Source: Hydrolagus affinis (lineage: Eukaryota). Taken from it: 64,000 nucleotides of DNA. The stretch covers positions 62,001-126,000 of the forward strand of contig JAAILG010000157.1 of NCBI GenBank assembly GCA_012026655.1, given 5' to 3'. The notes below the pieces were generated by a model that saw only the letters and a program-made list of their open reading frames with translations, had not been told where the DNA came from and ran no database searches. Positions 51,201-59,135 of this stretch are shown piece by piece (the first letter of the stretch is position 1; each line of letters begins with the position of its first letter). Both the position numbers and the translations under genes were made by a program.

Positions 51201-54200
51201 TGATATAACGCCTTATCATGTCTGTGAGACGTCTCAAAGCACTTCACAGAATATACTCTAAGGGAATTGAGTATATTTTGTGGGCAAAACGTGGCAGCCA
51301 ATTTCACACAGCAGTATCCCACAAGCAGTCATGGATGATCCCATGTGTGCAATATATTGGCCCCAATGTATTTTCCAAACTTTTCCGGGAGGAATTAATT
51401 CCCAGAAAAAGTTCATAAAATATCCCAATTTTACTCAGAACAATCTGAGTAATTTGAGATCTGCTCAGCTGCACTAACCAAACTGAGCTGTATCTGCTCA
51501 TCACTGTTTATTAGTGACTATTCATTCAAAAATAGACTATTGTAAACTCAATTGTCTCTCTGTCAGACAACACATATAAACAGCTGGATTGATGGAAAGA
51601 CTGGTTAGAATATACTTTCCTTTAATTACTTTCAAAGGATTTGGCCAAAGGCTATTGTTGTCATTGCTCTTGGCTTTTGTTTCAAGGATTCTGAATAACT
51701 GCCCATAGCAAGAGAACAAAGAAGCAGTGATAATGGCTGGCTGATATCAAATGAAAGTACTGTACTGTACTTCTTAAATGTAGCCTCAGCAAAGTGAGAT
51801 GAAAGGGTGAACTTGCTAGTCAGGAATGTGATCGATGTACACACAGTAATCTGGTTCGGGTTTAATGTACTGATACTGTATCTAAATTAGCTTATTTATG
51901 GGTGAAGTCAAATTAACAGTCCCCGATCATAGGGAGGGCCAATGTTGCAGAACTATTTGTTAGTTTCTTATGAGTGCTATCCAACAACTTTAATGCATTA
52001 TCTCTTCTTACTATTGTAGCAGGTTGATTCTTTCGGAAATAACAAAGGTGAGACTGAGTCCTTCTGACCTAACTAGCTTTCCCAATTCGCAAGACATATT
52101 ATCTAATCAAATGTTTTGTCAGGCATCACTGTAGATTATTTTTCTAATACCAAATCCATCAGCAATCTCATTTACTTAAGAAAACCAATTATCTTTACCA
52201 ATGCCATTATCTACGTTAGTTATACCACAGTATTTGCTAGACTGCTTTTTGGCGTGTGCTTCTTTGGCAAAGTCATTTGCAAAAAGTATTCATTCAAAAA
52301 TACCTATTTCCACTGACAGTCGAGCCTTCTAAAATTGGGTCTAGCATTATTTTCGTAACAAAAAGATCCATGAAAAAATCCAAAGCAAAGTTCCATGGGA
52401 GAAACATATTGGCTGCTAAAGACAGTGTGAAATTGGAGTGTAATACAGTATTTCCAGCGCCTTGGGACGTCCTCCCGACGTGAAAGGCGCTTTATAAGTG
52501 TAATTTGTTGTTGTTATTGTTATTGATTTCTAAAGGGATTCTTCAATAAGGAGGAGGCATTTTCTTTTTACCAGAACACTTCACTTTGACCCTTACAACA
52601 TGTGCTCCAAAAATACAGCAGAAGTCGCACGAGTTATATTGAATGACCATTCACAACAATGGCATTTGTTCTATTGGGGGAATGACTTATTTCCAGGTAC
52701 TCATTGTAAGGCGATCTGTGGAAAGAGTGAAATAGTAGTTGAGAACAGCTGGGAGTATTCGGCAGCTTCTGTAGTTTATTAATAGAATTGGAGACTTTTT
52801 TGCAACATGACAAAGTGAACTTTAAGAATGAATAAAACTCAAAATTATTGATAAAGGGGGTACTTTTTTAAAAAAAAATCATACGTGTGAAAATGGAGAG
52901 AGGTCTGACAGAGGATTGATGCTGAGCTGGAAATAAAGTCTTTGATATTGAAATAACTCTTGCATTTCATAATAGTCTTTATTGTTTCATCAAGACATCT
53001 CAAAGCACTTCACAGAATTTCATTGTGAAGTTTAGTGACTGTGTATTTGGGATCTATACCAATAGCACTGTATTGGATTGCCAGCCTAGACTTCAAAGTC
53101 CCAGTGTGGGGCTTGTATTCATGACCTTCTGACCTTAGAGGAATGAGAGCTGCCAAATAAGCCAGGCTAACATCTGGACAGCAGAAAGGCACAGTTTAAC
53201 AAAAATAGAACCAACCTGAATGACGTCCCCATCGCCAATGACAAATGTAAGCTTTGGATCCCTGTCTACTATGGTCCCATCCTCCAGCAATCCTTGCAGC
53301 TTCAATGTGACCTCTTGACCCATAAAAGGTCTGGAAGCATCTCCAAAGCCTTCCATCAGTACTTTTTTCTGAATCAGCTTATCCTCTGGAGATTGGATGC
53401 AAGTTTCGAGAATGATTAAAACAAAATGAACCCATCATTTCCATTCCAAGAAAAAAACAGTACAAACAACTTGTATTTAAATAGCACCCTTCACATAGGA
53501 TAACTTGTTGGAGCCTTGAAATCAACAGTCCCCTGCCTGATTCAGTGATGAATCTCAGCATTTAACCTTGCCTCTGCCAGTGACTCCTACATAATACTAC
53601 TGTAATAATAATGCTTGCATTTGATATAGAGCCTTATCGCATCTTTGAGATGTCTCAAATCGCTTGTTCAATATCTCATGTTAATTTGCTAGTAATTTTT
53701 CCAATTTCCTATCCTGTAGTGAAGTGGTATTAATAATAACAACAATAATCCTTGCATTTGACATGGTGCTTTTCACGTCTTCAAGACGTTTCAAAGTGCT
53801 TCACTGAATATACTGTAAAGTGAATTGACTATACTTGTGGGAGAAACGCGGCAACCAATTATGCACAAACGCTACAAACAATCATGGATTGAAATTACCA
53901 ATTTCTTATTGATTTATATTATATTATTGTTTTATTATCAGGTATGTGGAGTAAGGAAACTAGCCCAAGGTTTTGCCCTGCCTGGAATCGAACCCAGGTC
54001 TCTCGTTTGCAAGGTGAGTGCTATAACCACTGTGCTACAGGACTCAAAACCCGATTGTAGCTCTTTTGTCATGTCAGTGGATGATATGATGGATATTATC
54101 ACTGCTGGTTACACTCTTTCCAAGTATCAACTACAAAGTAAAGGGTTCTGAAAAGATCGTATTAGTACAATAAATGAATGGTGCATTAAAATGAATCCAA

Positions 54201-54866
54201 TCAGAATGACCATTGGCAAAAAAATGAATGATGGAAACATCTATATTAATTTCATTCTTTGCTACGCAGTGCTATATGTTGTGAGGAAATCTTCAGCTAA
54301 TGGTTTGCTAAGCAGAGTAAGATTGTTAATTCCGGTGTATCACTCTTTGAATTCTGCTGAAACTGCATTTGTTGTGCAAAAATATATTTTCAAATTTGTA
54401 AATAGAAATAAAAGCTAAAGGTATGAGCCTGTTATCATTTCCACTTTACATTGCTTATTTACACCATGTGATTCTGCATGCGAGTTGCCTAAACATCAGT
54501 ATTTCTTTATTTTAATAATTAAAACCACTGAATAATGGATGTCTCATATGCTTACGTGTACTTAGGGACAGTTTTATGCTGATGCAGCATGTTATCCAGA
54601 AACTAAAGGTAGTTAAAACTGTTTGAGAGGTCAAAGGGTCAGTACTTGCCTGTGATGTCAATCCAGGTATCAGAGGCACAGATATTCTTAAAACTGCTGA
54701 CACAACACTCTCCAATGCTGTCAATTTCAAAAAATGGAACCTGTGAGGAATCTGCATTCGAAGTTGTGATTGTCTCATGAGGCAGCTGGAACCTTACAGT
54801 CTTACTGGAATTGGGAGCTTTTTCCATTTTTGTTTGATCTGCCTCCTCAGTAATGACTGATCCCAT
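21121..54866 (-). CDS. fkbp16: FKBP8/FKBP38-like peptidyl-prolyl isomerase (probably fkbp16 paralogue): FKBP domain, 3 TPRs, CaM-binding-type helix, C-terminal transmembrane anchor; 8 coding exons, 388 aa
   Basis: Exons 54866-54650, 53385-53216, 48677-48589, 29779-29562, 25793-25621, 23476-23399, 21541-21407, 21207-21121 total 1167 nt in frame. The tail [28 protein letters not shown] closely matches the recalled FKBP8 tail. The divergent N-terminus and core suggest the paralogue rather than FKBP8 itself; the symbol is inferred. Confidence 0.88.
21293..21380 (-). mobile_element. SINE tail inside the 199-bp last intron of the FKBP gene
   Basis: atttgatattgcgccttatcacatctttgagacgcctcaaagcgcttcgc. 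Confidence 0.75.
21407..21541 (-). CDS. fkbp16: Post-TPR exon ([13 protein letters not shown]...SPRKSGR)
   Basis: gatttccAG / CGG|gtatga; IHxELSKLV motif of the FKBP8 family. Confidence 0.92.
23399..23476 (-). CDS. fkbp16: TPR3 exon ([26 protein letters not shown])
   Basis: gtgctgcAG / AAG|gtaata. Confidence 0.92.
24375..24500 (+). mobile_element. L2 LINE tail
   Basis: cagtccagcgcctttggacatcctcccgacgtgaaaggcgctgtgtaaatgt. Confidence 0.8.
25621..25793 (-). CDS. fkbp16: TPR2 exon ([10 protein letters not shown]...[13 protein letters not shown]...[10 protein letters not shown])
   Basis: caaattacAG / AAG|gtgagg. Confidence 0.93.
26555..26702 (-). mobile_element. Old Deu-domain SINE fragment (SacSINE1/AmnSINE1-like)
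   Basis: ggtcaggaca...catgggatcctttaaggtccatctgaaaaggcagatagaacctcagtttaacatctcatc matches the recalled Deu domain in reverse. Confidence 0.75.
28195..28555 (+). mobile_element. L2 LINE reverse-transcriptase fragment joined to L2 tail by internal deletion
   Basis: [22 protein letters not shown], degenerate YADD (LDDTQLY), CLSDIKSWM...[11 protein letters not shown], then directly the acgtgaagggcgctat...tgttgttgtt tail. Confidence 0.9.
28560..29133 (-). mobile_element. Nested SINE cluster: old Deu-SINE (28560-28680 and 28955-29133) interrupted by young SINE (28690-28945)
   Basis: Old tail/core, then a young family copy, then Deu domain cctcggtttaatgtctcatctga and tRNA-like head acaaccttctgactctgag. 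Confidence 0.75.
29562..29779 (-). CDS. fkbp16: FKBP end + TPR1 exon ([17 protein letters not shown]...KRERGNYYF...)
   Basis: tttctcttatAG / A|gtaagg; ORF 29470..29805. Confidence 0.94.
30398..30690 (+). mobile_element. Young tRNA(Ala)-like SINE, full length
   Basis: A-box tagctcagtgg, ttgcaag loop, B-box gttcgaatc, family body and ATT tail. Confidence 0.9.
31650..31776 (+). mobile_element. SINE 3' half
   Basis: attggctgccacctttcgcccacaaaatacagtcaattcac...attattattat. Confidence 0.8.
33605..33775 (-). mobile_element. SINE 3' half
   Basis: Family core and tail in reverse. Confidence 0.8.
36105..36400 (-). mobile_element. L2 tail fragments plus old Deu-SINE head
   Basis: caacaacaaaattatatttatagagcgcctttc; ggcaccttcaacaattcagc...tcagaggc. 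Confidence 0.55.
40260..40520 (+). mobile_element. L2 LINE 3' end
   Basis: Close to 18640-18905; tail tgacgtgaaaggcgctatacaagtgtaattttgttgttgttgtt. Confidence 0.85.
40778..41160 (-). mobile_element. Young SINE 3' half (40778-40950) abutting a CR1 fragment (40975-41160)
   Basis: Family tail/core, then gggagtgagctctacattctcactagccctctgcataaagaag (CR1 3' region, reverse). Confidence 0.75.
41850..42130 (-). mobile_element. Old Deu-domain SINE
   Basis: tattgttggccaggatac...ctcttccgaatagtgccatgggatctttaacgtccaactga. Confidence 0.75.
44762..44998 (+). mobile_element. Young SINE lacking most of the head
   Basis: caagtttccttactccacgtacctaataataatcc...gcgctatatcaactgcaaggatgattattatt. Confidence 0.88.
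45575..45755 (-). mobile_element. Young SINE with internal deletion
   Basis: Family tail/core in reverse. Confidence 0.8.
46010..46138 (+). mobile_element. CR1 LINE 3' end
   Basis: gagccggcacagactagatgggccaaatgacctccttttgtgctgtaaaattctatgattctat. Confidence 0.8.
46780..47080 (-). mobile_element. Young tRNA-derived SINE, full length
   Basis: Complete reverse copy ending in ctctaaccactgagtta (A-box complement). Confidence 0.9.
48589..48677 (-). CDS. fkbp16: FKBP domain exon ([29 protein letters not shown])
   Basis: gttacatgtAG / AG|gtaagg; YAYG motif. Confidence 0.93.
48858..49060 (-). mobile_element. Old L2-type 3' end
   Basis: caacaacaacttgcatttggatag...aacttgaagacag...ttccagagattaaggg. 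Confidence 0.55.
51175..51340 (-). mobile_element. SINE 3' half
   Basis: Family tail/core in reverse. Confidence 0.8.
52450..52525 (+). mobile_element. L2 tail
   Basis: ccagcgccttgggacgtcctcccgacgtgaaaggcgctttataagtgtaatttgttgttgtt. Confidence 0.8.
53216..53385 (-). CDS. fkbp16: FKBP domain exon ([12 protein letters not shown]...GDGDVIQ)
   Basis: aatctccAG / CAG|gttggt; ORF 53135..53356. Confidence 0.93.
53732..54042 (-). mobile_element. Young tRNA-derived SINE, full length (within the GC-AG intron)
   Basis: Reverse copy with B-box complement ggaatcgaacc and head complement ataaccactgtgctacagga. Confidence 0.9.
54650..54866 (-). CDS. fkbp16: FKBP8-like first coding exon portion ([10 protein letters not shown]...DTWIDIT); exon acceptor at 55191
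   Basis: gccATGG Kozak with in-frame TGA 2 codons upstream; ends at GC donor CAG|gcaagt; acceptor atttttcttccAG before 55191. Confidence 0.8.
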
Positions 54867-54926
54867 GGCTCACTCCTTTGTGGTTTGAAAAACTGCTCTG
54901 CCGATGTCTTCAGACAGATCGTCAAC

Positions 54927-55177
54927 CCTATCCACTTGAAGCTTTAAATGTTGTTTATCCGTTTCTGCAACCAAGGCCTCACCATCTGGACAAGCCTTGG
55001 GATGTGTACAGTGCGGAATCCTTTCTGTATCCACCCAATTAACCGAGCGTTTTTATCCTCTTCCGCTTCTGCCAATGTCTCACCATCTGGACTGACCGAT
55101 GGCTGGATTCAGTGCAAAGATATTTCTGTATCCGTACGATTTACTGATTCTCCTTTCGTTTCTGCAAGCCGCTCCCC
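54927..55177 (-). repeat. Degenerate ~100-nt tandem repeat (about 2.5 units) in the FKBP gene 5' leader
   Basis: GGATA anchors at 55133, 55032 and 54933 (spacing 101 and 99 nt); shared blocks ggatacagaaa, gcactg, gtccagatggtgag, gcagaa.cg. Confidence 0.8.
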
Positions 55178-58100
55178 GATTTGTCGAATCTCTGGAAGAA
55201 AAATGCTTAGCTAAATCTTCTTCCACGGAGTGTTAGTCCAATGTTTATAAAGTAAAGCCACAAAATAACAAAGAATACTTTTCAATAAACTAGTTCAGCA
55301 TAGAATCGCTTAAGTGTTCAGTGAAAGAAAATCCTGAACATGCCACGAATGATAGAAATAGAACTGAAATGGTGTTACAGACACCAGATAACGTCACTAA
55401 GAAGTCTGCAAGATAAGCTCCGTAGATTAGAAGCATCAAATCCTATCTAGAAAGTGTCAGTCAAAACCAATTCATTGTCGAGCATTAAATTATTTCATTA
55501 ATTTAATTTTTTTTAAAAAAAATTCCTAAACTAACAGCTGACAGGATTGACTTCCAACTCTCTTGCATAGTCAAAGAAATGTTTGCCTTCATTTCCAGAA
55601 CTGAACAAATAACCGTGACTTTCCTGTTCCTGTGGCATCAATCATGTGCTGTATCATAAATATGTCCTCTGTGAGCCTGATCTATATTTACACCAAGTCA
55701 GATTAAAAATATTACCTGAATATTTGAACAAGTTTTAAGAGTAAATATGGAAGGCAATACAGTATAAATAGAAGAGAAGTGCTTTTATATGTTATGGTAT
55801 GTTTCAGTTCAGTTATAGTCAGTTTATTATTTGTTGCAAATTGTGGATTAGCTTCAGTGTCCCTCTTATGTAAATACATTACTGTACATCCATAATTCCT
55901 GAAAGTAACAATATTTTCTTGAGGTCCGAGAGTTAATGTGGTGATTTTTAAAGTATGCAAATGTACTGTGGATGACCAAATTTATAGCATTGATGTTGAG
56001 AATGTAGCATAAGTAGGATTAAATATTTTAAAAGGTATTTTCAATAGTTTTTTTAAATGGCAGAAGTAGCAGAAGCTTTTACTTTTTAAATACATAATAC
56101 GTGAGGCAGATGTCTTGATAAAATATTTGGAGCAGTACATTTGGCAAGATTAGACTACAGACTTAACCGGGGTCATTAGATTCAATTAACCCAATTCTTC
56201 CCCAGTAAGACATATATAGATAGATATTAACCTCTCAATTTAATTGTACAGCTACAGCTGTATGCAAGCTTTCTGTCAGGTTTTACATAGATTCTGTGCA
56301 AACATCTATATTTCCATATTTATAAAGCACTAAAATGATTGGACTTGTTAAAGTCCTATAAGAGGCCATTGAAGAAGAATTCATGCCTCATTAAATACTG
56401 AATACTAAACTTAAATCAACCTGAGTATTTGGTGACTGCAAAGGCAATAAGTTGAGATTTCAAGGTGAGCAATGAAGAGGAAAGGACAGCATGGAAATCC
56501 AATTTGAACACCTAACAAAAAGAATCCTGTTTCGTTTCAGCACCAGCTAGATCTCATTGACTATCACAAACCACCATGCTTCCCTCCTTCTTTGCATGAT
56601 TGAGCTCCCCTCCTCCACCAAATCTCTTAGCAAAGACTTGCAGGCTCTCGTCCAAAAATCATCTAATGCAATTGGATTTTGTTGTACCTGAAATTTCACG
56701 CTCTACATCTGAATAGATGAATAGACTTTCTAATTCTGTTAACAGATATTGGATTCTTGATACTTTACGAGAGTGAAATATTCTTCTTTGAAGGTTCTTC
56801 CCCCTCCCCCACCCACCACCACATTATTGGTTGCAACATCAACTCTATCAAATTTACAATTCCCACACACCAATGACATTTTAGGCATCATTGCAATTTT
56901 AAGATCCATAACAATAAGATACTGTACATGTTGCTGGGGTGTTTGGTTTGGGGGCAAAACCTCTAGGTCAAATCTATGATATCCAACTTTTGCAGCTCTT
57001 TTTAAAGAGGAAACACGTTGCTGTGGAATCAAAAATTCTAGCATTATTTATAAATCTACAACAATAATATTGCCCTGAAACCGGAGTTCTATTCATTGAT
57101 ACAGCTTACCAAATCCGGTAACATTCATAAAAGTCTCAAACCTTAAAGACTAGAAATAAAAACGTCTTACTTTCTCCCGTTCCAGTAATTTGTGTATTAA
57201 TAGAAATGTATTTTAACCTCAGAAAGAAAATCCAATTAACCTTATGTGATATTATCTCATAAAAGCCTCAATGCAATTTGAACAATATATGCATTTCATG
57301 TTTTTCAACTACATATACCCTACTTTAATGGGTTTTAAACACATTCTATATTAATTCAGCTATCCCTTAATACTGTTCTATCAAAAAAAATCCAGGACTG
57401 TATATATTATTTTCATTCTTTCCTGTATTTGTATAGTATGCTTTTTGCTTACCTTAAAATCTTGGATGTCACATCCTCTCTTATTTTTATGATTATTGCT
57501 CAGGTTAAATAGATCTATTATTAAAAGATGAACTGACTTTGTGCTGTAAAATCAAGCATGAAGATATGAAGCATTACTGAAACGTTATGAATTTACCAGT
57601 GACAGGAGAATCACCCTTAAGATAGTTCTGGAGTAGAGCTTTCTCCTGCGTGGTTAAATATATTCCATCCCATGTTTTATCCCAGATGATCAACTGCATG
57701 ATTATTAAACTCAAAAAAAGTCAGACAGGATGTGAGCGGGTGTTTGTGGTGAAGAAAGATTGTGTAAATCCCACTATACTTTGGGAATTTTAAAGTCAGT
57801 TTTTAATTGATATTCACCATATAAGCCTAAATCGTTTGGTGAAAGTCAATCACTTTGAGATAGTTCTATCACCCTTGTATGTACATCCACAATATGGCTT
57901 GCTCTCCCTCGCAGTATACTGGGTAGCCTCTGTGTTTAATCCATTTCTAATGAATGCAAGACCCTATAGATAGGTATAACTTGATCAATGTAGTCCTTCC
58001 AAAATGACAGTTACTACCAATTGCTAGTTAAATTAAAGCAAATTGGGAAGCTTCAATCAATCAGAGTTTTTTTTACAGCTCTGTGACCCACTAAGCTGAT

Positions 58101-58849
58101 CCTGTTTGCATAGTTCCTTCTTTGATTTTATACATGAAGCTAAAATTAAAGCATGGTTAAGTTAGCTCAACCAAACTTTATTGTAGCTTCAATGAATGCC
58201 ACAACCCTCGGCATAAAATTTTAAATGACACGATAAATAGCAACAAACACAACTATGAGATAACAAACATTAAGCACACATACCAGCAGCCATCTGTAAT
58301 GAAATTGAATTTGTAATGTAAAGTACATGAAGAACCAACCACTGACAACTACTCATCAGTAGTCAAAGCACGAACCTTTGTTGTCATCAGGTAGAAAAAT
58401 AGCAACCACGAGTACATGGCGCTCATTCTTTTTCTGGGGGTTGAGCACAAATTTGGGGACCTGATGGTAATTCTAGTTGCCTTTTTTATGGTTCAATCAG
58501 ATCCTCCATTCAGTTGCCTTATAGGGGACAAGTACAATTCCAATCCTTGATTTACATATCGGAATGGTAAGTTACCCTGCCAAGTTCTTGCAGTCGACGT
58601 TAGAGTCAGACTGGTTGGCACCATAATTATCAAAAACATTAAATACACACAAAAAATGTACTTAAAGCACTACTCAATATACTTAAACAACAGACAGGCA
58701 TGGCATGGAAAACAAAAGTGGTGACCGTAACAAGTAAAACAGGTTTTCCTCTGAAAAATAGTAAATTCTCAACTTTTATGAGCTGTAACTAAAACTGTAG
58801 TGAGCCTGCAACTATGGCTTAGTTCCCAGCATTCTTATGTCTAAGGCAC

Positions 58850-59135
58850 AAGGTTGTGGAGTCAAATAAATATTGCATCGAGCCCCACAAGAGCTGTGCC
58901 TGTTCAGGTGGATCTTATTCATCTTGTGGCACAACTCAAAAAGACAACGGAGTTTCTCTTGGTGTCCTGGCCAACAATGCTCCAGATACAATTGTTCATT
59001 CACTCCATAATTATTTGATTCATTGAATTTACATACAAAATACTGTACATAGTTATAACACTTTACAGTAAAATCTTGTGAAGTTTTTCTGATATCCTCT
59101 TGATGTGAAAAATATATCAAATGCAACCGTTATTA
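58850..59135 (+). mobile_element. Old Deu-domain SINE
   Basis: cgagccccac...ctgttcaggtggat...gtggcacaactcaaaag...ggtgtcctggccaaca, with tail tatatcaaatgcaac. Confidence 0.7.

Noticed and set aside
55109-55111. TGA aligned with a Cys codon of the neighbouring repeat unit, suggesting selenocysteine
   Set aside because: A single TGT>TGA change explains it. A frameshift and a second TGA follow, no upstream start is identified, and no SECIS was recognised in the 3' region.
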